Positions 18,855 through 26,208 of a stretch of 41,856 bases of DNA are shown one piece after another. Every line of letters starts with the position of its first letter. Position 1 is the first letter of the stretch. Below the pieces are notes generated by a model, which saw only the letters and a list, made by a program, of their open reading frames with translations, was not told the origin of the DNA and ran no database searches. Source of the stretch: a virus. The position numbers and the translations under genes were made by a program. The stretch lies in UHGV virus genome UHGV-0391345; one strand, given 5' to 3'.

Positions 18855-19757
18855 ATGGCGAAGTTGGCGTTACATAAATTTGGTAGTCAAGCGAATCTGG
18901 ATGACTTAACAGCAATGCCAGAGAATGTATTGGAAGGTAATATATTCCTTGGGAAAGGAAGCGAGGAGAAACAGACCGGAACACTTCCAGACAAAAAATC
19001 CCCAACAATTATATTGTCGGCAAACGGGGAAATAAAACTTGAACCTGGATATTATTCAGGTGGGAAAATCACCCAGAACATTGAAACATTTGATGCACAG
19101 ACAATCGGTCCTGGAGCAAAACAAATCACGGTCAAGACTGCTGGAAAATACGGGAATGGTGATATCACTATTAATCCGGTTAAAAACCTAACCCCTTCGG
19201 TCATTAAGAAAGGTGAATATGTTGCAGGCGTAGGTCCTGGACTGTGGGAAGGATATGTAAATGAGGACCCATATACCCCATATCTATTCGGGACATTTTA
19301 TGGCTCACAGGGTATTACATATTTTAGGTATACAACATATAGACAAGGTACTGGTACGGTAAAACTGTCAAAGGACCACATAGAAGCAAGTGCAGGTTCA
19401 GGAGAAACAGTCGCATTTGTTTTTGACCTACCCATCAACCTTACAAATGTAAAATCGGTTACGGTCCAAATGTCTGGAACCGGAAAGGTTTGCAAGGTTA
19501 TGGTATGCCGGAATAGGGTGGAAAACTATATTGAGGAAGCATATCAGTCCGGTTCAAGCGTGCAATATAGATATAATCCGAATCTAGGTGACATATTACT
19601 TGATGGGTCAATTGGAAGAAGTAGCTCTTCCGGCGCTGAATGGGAGCAAGAAAAAACATTTACCTTAAGCGGAATAACTGGCAATGCCTACCTGTATATT
19701 GGAGCTTCTGGGGCTGCGTTTGACTACAATTTATATTTGGCTAGATTTAATCTATAA
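18855..19757 (+). CDS. receptor-binding/baseplate protein paralogue (long form with extra C-terminal domain)
   Basis: Paralogue of 18412..18837. C-terminal about 170 aa are additional. Confidence 0.45.
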   Translation: MAKLALHKFGSQANLDDLTAMPENVLEGNIFLGKGSEEKQTGTLPDKKSPTIILSANGEIKLEPGYYSGGKITQNIETFDAQTIGPGAKQITVKTAGKYGNGDITINPVKNLTPSVIKKGEYVAGVGPGLWEGYVNEDPYTPYLFGTFYGSQGITYFRYTTYRQGTGTVKLSKDHIEASAGSGETVAFVFDLPINLTNVKSVTVQMSGTGKVCKVMVCRNRVENYIEEAYQSGSSVQYRYNPNLGDILLDGSIGRSSSSGAEWEQEKTFTLSGITGNAYLYIGASGAAFDYNLYLARFNL

Positions 19758-19766
19758 GGAGGTTAC

Positions 19767-20315
19767 ATGAATAACATAGAAAATATCCAAGAATATATAC
19801 CTACTGTGTATGTTAATGACTCTGAGCCAGATTTGGATGAGACAAACTTAAACAAAACAGAACAGGCAATAAAACGGGTAACCGATGCAGCCAATAAAGC
19901 AATTGATGCATTAAAGCAACTGGACCGGGAGAAGTTAGCGTTATCTGCTATATCTAACGTATTATCTGATGCTACAGATAAGGTTCCATCATTGGCTTTA
20001 GCTAATACAATGCAGCTCGCGATTAATGACTTAAATAGCAATTTGGGAAGTACAAATAATCGCGTATCCTCGCTTGAGGAAAATTTTTCCAGCGGTTATG
20101 ATGGCCCCCTTGCTGGATCCACGGTAAGAACCAAAGGAACAGAAGGATGGTATGTGGAATTGTCCAATAATAACCAGTGGGCAGCCATGACACTAAACAT
20201 TGGAGAGAGTATACGGTATCGCCTCCAAATTGAGAATACGGGGCAACTTACCATGTACCGGACAACTGACAACTGGGCAACCAATCAATCTAAAGTTGTT
20301 TCGGAGGGATGGTAA
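19767..20315 (+). CDS. tail fibre protein whose C-terminal half lies inside a candidate invertible segment
   Basis: N-terminal NLNKTEQAIKRV fibre motif. The left inverted repeat falls in codons LNSNL (20031-20045). Confidence 0.5.
   Translation: MNNIENIQEYIPTVYVNDSEPDLDETNLNKTEQAIKRVTDAANKAIDALKQLDREKLALSAISNVLSDATDKVPSLALANTMQLAINDLNSNLGSTNNRVSSLEENFSSGYDGPLAGSTVRTKGTEGWYVELSNNNQWAAMTLNIGESIRYRLQIENTGQLTMYRTTDNWATNQSKVVSEGW
20032..20045. repeat. left inverted repeat TAAATAGCAATTTG
   Basis: Its perfect reverse complement is at 20555-20568. Confidence 0.6.
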
Positions 20316-20323
20316 AATGATCA

Positions 20324-20584
20324 TTATGTCGGCTTATTAAGTTTCCAAACCTGGTTCCAAGTGGTTCCATTGTAAAAGTCATACCAAATTCCCGTATTAT
20401 TAAAGGCTATTGATGCAATCTCTCCGGATGCGTATTGCAACTGGATTGCCCGATCAGTGCGGTCAGAATAGACAGTTGTAAACCCATTAATGTTCTTAAC
20501 ACCATTCAGGATGACTTTGTTATTTGCCGTAGCAGCTGTATTGGAAACATCAGTCAAATTGCTATTTACTATATAAAAAACATA
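20324..20584 (-). other. silent alternative fibre C-terminal cassette (open frame without RBS or ATG; frame open to 20584)
   Basis: Minus-strand frame YVFYIVNSNL|TDVSNTAATANNKV...YNGTTWNQVWKLNKPT. The C-terminal motif resembles YRTTDNWATNQSKVV of the + strand gene. Confidence 0.45.
20555..20568. repeat. right inverted repeat CAAATTGCTATTTA
   Basis: Reverse complement of 20032-20045. Confidence 0.6.
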
Positions 20585-20613
20585 TTAAAAAACATATCCA
20601 TGAAAGGAGTAAG

Positions 20614-21027
20614 ATGAATCAATTAAAACTATCAAACAACACAAAATACGACTTAATAACAAACGGGGTGGAAGAATCCGGCGATTACCTAACCATGTCG
20701 TTTCTTCCCGGCCTAGACAGCTTTGAGATGGTAGAATCCGAATTTAATCCGACAAATGCAGAGAAAATTTACATACTTGGTTTGGATGGTCAGCCGATTG
20801 AAGTAAAAACCGGATTTACTCAGCTGGTGGAGATGCGCAAGAAAATGGATTATGTCATATCTTCTGAAACAGTAAATACCGGCACCGAGGAAGAACCGAA
20901 TTATGAAACCAAGGAAGTGAAAGATACCGTTATGGTAGTTAAACTTCGTAGGCCAGATATCCGGGATACAGTACAGACATTGCAAGATACAGTGGATGCA
21001 ATAATTTTAAGTCAGCTGGAGGTGTAA
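20614..21027 (+). CDS. hypothetical protein (XkdW-position)
   Basis: 137 aa, GGAG RBS, immediately precedes XkdX. Confidence 0.4.
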   Translation: MNQLKLSNNTKYDLITNGVEESGDYLTMSFLPGLDSFEMVESEFNPTNAEKIYILGLDGQPIEVKTGFTQLVEMRKKMDYVISSETVNTGTEEEPNYETKEVKDTVMVVKLRRPDIRDTVQTLQDTVDAIILSQLEV

Positions 21028-21028
21028 C

Positions 21029-21154
21029 ATGTATACAACCTTAAAAAGGCTATATAACAATGGTAAAGGGCCATTAACTGTTGCTGAACTCAACCGGGCT
21101 GTGTCAATTGGATGGATTACAGAGCAGCAGAAAAACAGTATAATCGGAGGATGA
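21029..21154 (+). CDS. xkdX: XkdX-family small phage protein
   Basis: 41 aa MYTTLKRLYNNGKGPLTVAELNRAVSIGWITEQQKNSIIGG. Size and the pattern Y.NG...V......GWIT.EQ...I.G match XkdX. Not in the ORF track because it is under 60 aa. Confidence 0.5.
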   Translation: MYTTLKRLYNNGKGPLTVAELNRAVSIGWITEQQKNSIIGG

Positions 21155-21897
21155 TTGTGAGAGATATCACATTGTGCCATCCACGCTTGCAGCTTTTAGC
21201 GGGCCAGTTGGTGGATGAATGCAATAAACAGGGATTGAAAATTAAGATAGGCGAAACACTGCGGACCGTGGCAGAACAGGATGCCTTATACGCCCAGGGT
21301 CGAACTGCGCCAGGGAATATTGTCACTAATGCTCCTGGCAGTAGCTACAGCTCCTATCATCAGTGGGGAACGGCTTTTGATATATTCCGCAATGATGGAG
21401 CTGGGGCCTATAACGAAATTGGTGGCTTTTTTAACCGCGTGGGTACTATTGGTGTATCCATTGGTCTTGAGTGGGGAGGAAATTGGAAGTCTATTGTAGA
21501 CAAGCCGCATTTTCAGCTTCCAGACTGGGGGAGTAGTACATCTGGAATCAAGAAATTGTATCGTAACCCGGATGAATTTATGAAAACTTGGGTGACGGAG
21601 GAACGCACCGGTTGGATTAAAGATAATAACGGTTGGTGGTACCGCAGGCCAGATGGGACCTACCCGGCTAATAAGTGGTGTGTCATAAATCACCATTGGT
21701 ATCTGTTTAATAAGGACGGATATGCTTGCACCAGCTGGCACCGATGGAATGGTAGCGTATGTGACCCCGATGACGGTTCGGGAGATTGGTATTACTTTGA
21801 TCCTACACCAGACGGTCCATTGGAGGGGGCGTGCTGGCATAGTCAGGATAATGGCGCACAAGAAATCTGGTATATAGAGGATTCTAATTCAATATAA
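21151..21897 (+). CDS. endolysin: M15 (VanY/L-Ala-D-Glu peptidase-like) zinc peptidase with C-terminal choline-binding-type repeats
   Basis: SYHQWGTAFD fits SxHxxGxAxD, and DKPHFQ fits the third zinc ligand. C-terminal repeats are GWIKDNNGWWYRRPDG...HHWYLFNKDGYACTSW. The start overlaps the xkdX stop. Confidence 0.7.
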   Translation: MIVRDITLCHPRLQLLAGQLVDECNKQGLKIKIGETLRTVAEQDALYAQGRTAPGNIVTNAPGSSYSSYHQWGTAFDIFRNDGAGAYNEIGGFFNRVGTIGVSIGLEWGGNWKSIVDKPHFQLPDWGSSTSGIKKLYRNPDEFMKTWVTEERTGWIKDNNGWWYRRPDGTYPANKWCVINHHWYLFNKDGYACTSWHRWNGSVCDPDDGSGDWYYFDPTPDGPLEGACWHSQDNGAQEIWYIEDSNSI

Positions 21898-21930
21898 AAG
21901 CGCTAGAATTCAACTCTGACGCTTTTATAT
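21897..21930 (+). terminator. weak stem-loop terminator after the lysis gene
   Basis: AAAAGCG-loop-CGCTTTTAT. Confidence 0.35.
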
Positions 21931-21950
21931 AATATACCATCTTCGGAAAT

Positions 21951-21972
21951 ATGCAACACGAAATGCAACACG
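21951..21972. repeat. tandem pair of ATGCAACACG (candidate integrase arm-type sites)
   Basis: Copies at 21951-21960 and 21963-21972. A second pair lies 175 bp away. Confidence 0.45.
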
Positions 21973-22146
21973 GAGCCTACAAACCGCATAAAACCGTTGT
22001 ATTTTACGGGTCCGATTCCCGTCAGCAGCTTTTTCTTAAAACCTTGTAGATACGTAGAAAACAACGTATTTGCAAGGTTTTTTCATGTTTTTGAATAGCA
22101 CTTCCTCCGTCTGTCACGGAGGAAATAATTACAATATTTAAGATAT

Positions 22147-22166
22147 ATGCAACACGATGCAACACG
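22147..22166. repeat. tandem pair of ATGCAACACG (candidate integrase arm-type sites)
   Basis: Copies at 22147-22156 and 22157-22166, about 20 bp from the integrase stop. Confidence 0.45.
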
Positions 22167-22183
22167 GAAAATATGCTATTCTA

Positions 22184-23272
22184 TCACATGATGAACTTTT
22201 CAAAGTGTTTATTGATTTTTTTATTTTGCCGGACAGATTCCAGGTCAATCACATTTCTGTATACAGTTTTCATGATATTGTCACTGGCCCATCCTCCCCG
22301 CTGCAATATATATTGGTCTGGTACACCTATGGCGTGCATAATGGATGCAGCATAATGCCGGAGGTCGTGAAAGCGGAAATGCGGTACATCAATCTTTTTA
22401 AGCACCCGCCCAAATCTATGTGTAATATAATCCGGGTTCATGTCAACTAATTTCCCTTTTTTACCCGATATCCGGTCAATTACAAATGCTGGCATTTCTA
22501 CATCCCGTGTACTATCATCCGTCTTTGGCTGTTTGATATACCATTGATTGTCTGGCCCCTTGACCATATTGTCTCTTACATGGATAATATGACCATCTAC
22601 GTTTTTATCAGTAAGGGCGCTTATCTCTCCTCGCCGGAGTGGGCCAAATGCAGCCAGTAATACGGCTATCTCTAAATCTGTACCTTTGATAGCGTCTAAC
22701 AGCTTTTTGATATCATTGTCATTGGGGCAGTATAAATCGGGGCGTTTTTTCTGCGGAAGCTTTACCTTTAAGGTTAAATCCGGCGCAAACATTTCCAAGG
22801 ATGCGGATAACAGGCCATAGGCATTTCTAACTGTCTTTGGAGACAGTTGTTTCCCTGCCAAATCACTTACCCATATCTGTACAGATGGATTAGATAGTTC
22901 TGAGAGCCGTTTACGCCCAAATAAGCCGTCAAAATATTGCTTTTGCATACCAATATACCCTCTAAGCGTAGAAGGGCTTAAAACGCCTTTTTTGACGCTC
23001 AAATAACGTTCGATAGCTTGGTTTACTGTTATATCTTCGTCCTCATCATCTTCCGATTCATTGTATCGCTCTATGGGCTTGTCTTTCATGTCTAATTTCC
23101 ATCTGGTAGCCATTTCTTTTGCTTCCTTGCGTGATGGGGCAACAAAGCTTTTGTAATGCCGCTTACCTTTATCATCTGTATACAGATACACTTGCACTCG
23201 GACATTTCCAGACGGAAGTACTCCTTTTTTTCTTTTCGGGGCTTTTATAGTCATTTTTCTTTCCTCCTTCAA
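22184..23272 (-). CDS. tyrosine integrase
   Basis: 362 aa. Catalytic region FHDLRHYAASIMHAIGVP...YRNV contains the H, R, H and Y boxes. N-terminal core-binding domain present. Confidence 0.85.
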   Translation of the reverse strand: MKEERKMTIKAPKRKKGVLPSGNVRVQVYLYTDDKGKRHYKSFVAPSRKEAKEMATRWKLDMKDKPIERYNESEDDEDEDITVNQAIERYLSVKKGVLSPSTLRGYIGMQKQYFDGLFGRKRLSELSNPSVQIWVSDLAGKQLSPKTVRNAYGLLSASLEMFAPDLTLKVKLPQKKRPDLYCPNDNDIKKLLDAIKGTDLEIAVLLAAFGPLRRGEISALTDKNVDGHIIHVRDNMVKGPDNQWYIKQPKTDDSTRDVEMPAFVIDRISGKKGKLVDMNPDYITHRFGRVLKKIDVPHFRFHDLRHYAASIMHAIGVPDQYILQRGGWASDNIMKTVYRNVIDLESVRQNKKINKHFEKFIM

Positions 23273-23425
23273 TTGATTTTCCTAAAAATAGGTATAAAAA
23301 ATACAGCTCCACAAAAATATTGCAAAGCCGCCCCGAAGATGGTACAATATAGGTGCAAATTATAATGCATATCTTCGGGTATGTAAGCCGGTTCCTGTTG
23401 GCGCAGGGGCCGGTTAATTTTGTTG

Positions 23426-23454
23426 TTGAAATTTTTCTATGTTTGATATATAAT
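23426..23454 (+). promoter_or_regulatory. consensus promoter TTGAAA-17-TATAAT driving a short + strand transcript convergent to the toxin-like peptide gene
   Basis: The -35 element is at 23426-23431 and the -10 at 23449-23454. Confidence 0.45.
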
Positions 23455-23460
23455 ATACTT

Positions 23461-23570
23461 AACAAGACAGCCAGTAAGGGAGGTTAAGGCTCCCCGCCCT
23501 GGCAAAAACATTTAGCTAAGAAATAGCCGCCTAATCTTTACCAGAGAGCAGGGCGGCTATTTCTTATGTG
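23461..23570 (+). ncRNA. candidate antisense small RNA (type I antitoxin-like), ends at a bidirectional terminator
   Basis: No ORF. Runs from the promoter to the perfect 11-bp stem AAATAGCCGCC...GGCGGCTATTT (23521-23563). The stem is followed by T-rich tracts on both strands and overlaps the 3' end of the minus-strand peptide gene. Confidence 0.25.
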
Positions 23571-23640
23571 TGTAAGTCAGGATTGCAACGATTAGTAATG
23601 CCACGGATGTAATCAACTGCAATTCCTCATATGTACTCAT
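23557..23640 (-). CDS. 27-aa hydrophobic peptide MSTYEELQLITSVALLIVAILTYTHKK (type I toxin / Fst-Hol-Tox-like)
   Basis: Strong RBS AGGAGGGGA. Polar N-terminus, single TM helix, C-terminal KK. The stop overlaps the bidirectional terminator stem. Confidence 0.4.
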   Translation of the reverse strand: MSTYEELQLITSVALLIVAILTYTHKK

Positions 23641-23749
23641 AAGCATCCCCTCCTATCAAGACTCAGGACGGGTGCCGCAGCCGCCCTACCAGCTGCCCGG
23701 GTAAGTATATTATATTATCAAGGTGGTGTCCCTGTTGGCACAGGGACCG

Positions 23750-24100
23750 TTATTTTAGAATTAACTTTACAAACTCAATAATGGTTCCGATTAAGCCAAA
23801 ACCATAAAGAAACCCGGAAATAATTCTTTTAAAATTGTCTGACAGATATTTTGTTTTATACTGTACTATTCCATCAATTACTAATGGAACACAAAGAAAA
23901 GGCAATACAAATATGTTCAAAGTTATAAATGGAGTGATTATAAATGCTGATAAATAACCTATAATCATTCCGGTACATCTGGCGCAAACCGGAAATTGAT
24001 ATCCTTTAAAGAAAAAACTTCTTTCTGGTATTTGATGGCATCCCCAATATTTTGAGAATAGTTCCATGGTTTTTATCCAGAGTTTATCCTTTTTATTCAT
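23750..24100 (-). CDS. DUF2085-family membrane protein
   Basis: CHQIPERSF...PVCARCTGM followed by TM helices matches the DUF2085 signature. Confidence 0.55.
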   Translation of the reverse strand: MNKKDKLWIKTMELFSKYWGCHQIPERSFFFKGYQFPVCARCTGMIIGYLSAFIITPFITLNIFVLPFLCVPLVIDGIVQYKTKYLSDNFKRIISGFLYGFGLIGTIIEFVKLILK

Positions 24101-24276
24101 TACATTTTAAATTTATATCCACATTTTTTGCAAACCCAATAGTGAGTTGTTGTAGTCTTTCCTGTTCCACATAAACCTAAAAGGCCACAAAAACATAATT
24201 TCCAGAAACTGGCACCTTTTCCTTGAACATCACTTATAACTTCCATTTCTTCGCTTCCACATTTGGGGCATTTCAT
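24100..24276 (-). CDS. 58-aa zinc-ribbon protein (CxxC...CxxC), translationally coupled to the DUF2085 gene
   Basis: MKCPKCGSEE...WVCKKCGYKF. Good RBS GGAGGGAAAA. TAATG stop/start overlap. Confidence 0.45.
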   Translation of the reverse strand: MKCPKCGSEEMEVISDVQGKGASFWKLCFCGLLGLCGTGKTTTTHYWVCKKCGYKFKM

Positions 24277-24383
24277 GATTTTCCCTCCACTTTTATATTA
24301 TTTTATTAAAACGCTTTTAGCGAATTAATCAGAATTATAATTCTTCCACAAAAACTTTGGTACTAATTTTAGAAATCTCAAAA

Positions 24384-25412
24384 TCATATTTTTTTTCGAT
24401 ATATTTCTACGTTTCCGTTTGGAGTATTTTTTCCTATTCTTTGCACAATCAGGTGAAGTCCGTTTAGCCTAATTTGAATCCAATAGTCTTGAATAGATAA
24501 ATTTGCTTTTCCTATATTCCCATCAGCAAGAAAATAAATGGAACCAAATACCTTATAAACGTATAAAGTAGAGCCATTATAAATATGTTTTTCTGGTTGT
24601 TCTCTAAAATGTAATATTGCTGGATATTTTGAAATTCTCCCAGTTTTCGTATAAGGAATACATTCAACATATGTATTTGCTATACTGTCTTTTTCCATAG
24701 GAATAGGATAAAAGAAATCTATATTTTCAGTACATATATATAATGATTCATCAAAATGTGTATAAGAGTACGATTCCTCTATAATAGAATTGATGTAATT
24801 AATAGCAGATAAAGCTATATACTGGTTATTTTTATTTAATATAAACCATGCTATTCCATTAGTGTGATTAAGTTCCATTACCCATTTCCATTCAAAGGGA
24901 ATTTCTGTGAACTGATACATATCAAAAATTTTAAAAGAGTTATGTAAATTCAAATATTCTTGATTTTCTTGCTCTCTTTCTTTTAAAACAATAGCCCGTT
25001 GTTCTTCTTTTGCTTTTTCTTCTGATGTTGTAAAATGTATTCCAGCATCTCTGTATTCTTCTTCCTTTTCTACAGCAGCATTATAAATAGCTTTATTATT
25101 AACGTACGCTTCCCTAGCATGTTTTCTCAAAATGGAATCCATACCGTACTCAACCCCATTAATTTCTATAATATTACGAAAAACGGGCAATTTATAGATA
25201 TCTTCAGGGTTATCAAGGTCATATTTTTTTCCATTTATAGTATAATAGCGAGGTAATGAAGATATTTGTGAAAGAATAATAGTCCCATTATTTTGGGGAT
25301 AATTTTTACTACTGATATATGGGGTTATAGGGGGGATATTATGCATATCGCTTTTCACCTCCTTAGTATTTCTAAGTTTGAATTCGTTTAATAACGTATC
25401 AAAGACATTCAT
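24384..25412 (-). CDS. AT-rich 342-aa protein of unknown function cotranscribed with the cI-like repressor (superinfection-exclusion/defence candidate by context)
   Basis: ATGA overlap with the upstream 72-aa gene. GC content is markedly lower than that of its neighbours. No recognisable catalytic motif. Confidence 0.5.
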   Translation of the reverse strand: MNVFDTLLNEFKLRNTKEVKSDMHNIPPITPYISSKNYPQNNGTIILSQISSLPRYYTINGKKYDLDNPEDIYKLPVFRNIIEINGVEYGMDSILRKHAREAYVNNKAIYNAAVEKEEEYRDAGIHFTTSEEKAKEEQRAIVLKEREQENQEYLNLHNSFKIFDMYQFTEIPFEWKWVMELNHTNGIAWFILNKNNQYIALSAINYINSIIEESYSYTHFDESLYICTENIDFFYPIPMEKDSIANTYVECIPYTKTGRISKYPAILHFREQPEKHIYNGSTLYVYKVFGSIYFLADGNIGKANLSIQDYWIQIRLNGLHLIVQRIGKNTPNGNVEIYRKKI

Positions 25413-25627
25413 CCATGTGCCCTCGATTCAATATCTTGTACATCATCTTTTTCAAAATCATTTCCTTCTAAGTGCCTCATAACATGCCAGAATCTTTGTC
25501 TTTGAGATTCCGTGGTTGCATTTTTATCTAAAAATATAGTAACGGTTCCATCCTCATTAGGCGTTACGGCTTCATGTATTTTTCCAGATGGAAAGCTAAT
25601 CAATTGGACGTTGTAGTCAATCGACAT
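25409..25627 (-). CDS. 72-aa hypothetical protein, middle gene of the repressor operon
   Basis: Overlaps both neighbouring genes. Confidence 0.45.
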   Translation of the reverse strand: MSIDYNVQLISFPSGKIHEAVTPNEDGTVTIFLDKNATTESQRQRFWHVMRHLEGNDFEKDDVQDIESRAHG

Positions 25628-25997
25628 TGCCTCGTTCCTTTCTTTTCAAAGCTAAAAGCATATCATGCGTAGTTTTCAAATCATCTGCGGTTGCATCTCT
25701 GGCAGCATCGAATAGCAGACGCAGTTCTTTATTTTCGAAAATGTCTTGTGCTATGGCCGCAGTTTCTGGATTGATATAGTATCTGTCAGCTTCTGCCTTT
25801 TCGTTTCCGGGCATTAAATCATTGACCGACACTCCAAAATAGTCAGCTATTTGTTGGAGTTTTTTTATTGTCGGACTTGTGCCTCTGGTCTTAAATTTAC
25901 CAATATACCCCCTTCCAAATCCCAATTCATTTTCTAAGGCCGTAATCGCAATTTCACGTTGTTTGCAAAGGTCAGAAATTATATCATATGTTGTCAT
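25617..25997 (-). CDS. cI-like XRE-family HTH repressor
   Basis: HTH TSPTIKKLQQIADYFGVSVNDL. GGAGG RBS. Divergent from a cro-like gene. Confidence 0.7.
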   Translation of the reverse strand: MTTYDIISDLCKQREIAITALENELGFGRGYIGKFKTRGTSPTIKKLQQIADYFGVSVNDLMPGNEKAEADRYYINPETAAIAQDIFENKELRLLFDAARDATADDLKTTHDMLLALKRKERGNVD

Positions 25998-26019
25998 GGT
26001 GGCCTCCTGATGAAAAAAA

Positions 26020-26035
26020 GTAGAAAAAAGTCTAC
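26020..26035. promoter_or_regulatory. operator O1 GTAGAAAAAAGTCTAC
   Basis: Inverted repeat GTAGA-N6-TCTAC. Confidence 0.5.
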
Positions 26036-26044
26036 AAAAACTAT

Positions 26045-26072
26045 TGACAACATAGAATATAGTCTGTATAAT
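26045..26072 (+). promoter_or_regulatory. rightward consensus promoter TTGACA-16-TATAAT
   Basis: The -35 element is at 26045-26050 and the -10 at 26067-26072. Confidence 0.55.
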
Positions 26073-26085
26073 ACAAATATGCGAA

Positions 26086-26101
26086 GTAGAAAAAATTCTA
26101 C
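26086..26101. promoter_or_regulatory. operator O2 GTAGAAAAAATTCTAC
   Basis: Perfect palindrome GTAGAA-AAAA-TTCTAC. Confidence 0.55.
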
Positions 26102-26152
26102 TAAATATAAAATACAGATTTTGATGTTGTCTATGATTTTGCTGGTAACTTG

Positions 26153-26182
26153 ATTATAGAATAAAATCTACATCATGTCAAT
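26153..26182 (-). promoter_or_regulatory. leftward consensus promoter TTGACA-17-TATAAT (minus strand), face-to-face with the rightward promoter
   Basis: Read on the minus strand, the -35 element is at 26177-26182 and the -10 at 26153-26158. Confidence 0.55.
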
Positions 26183-26189
26183 ATATAAG

Positions 26190-26208
26190 GTAGAATTTTT
26201 TCTAAAAG
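26190..26208. promoter_or_regulatory. operator O3-like GTAGAATTTTTTCTAAAAG overlapping the cro RBS
   Basis: Matches the half-site consensus GTAGAA...TCTA. Confidence 0.4.

Larger units (their letters stand above)
20032..20568. other. candidate invertible DNA segment (tail-fibre C-terminus switch, Mu G-segment-like)
   Basis: 14-bp perfect inverted repeats in the same codon phase in two convergent reading frames, which encode homologous C-terminal domains. Confidence 0.5.

Noticed and set aside
21112-21150. Endolysin start at the track's ATG 21112
   Set aside because: That would overlap most of xkdX out of frame. The ATG at 21151 immediately after GGAGG, or the GTG at 21157, fits coupling with the xkdX stop.
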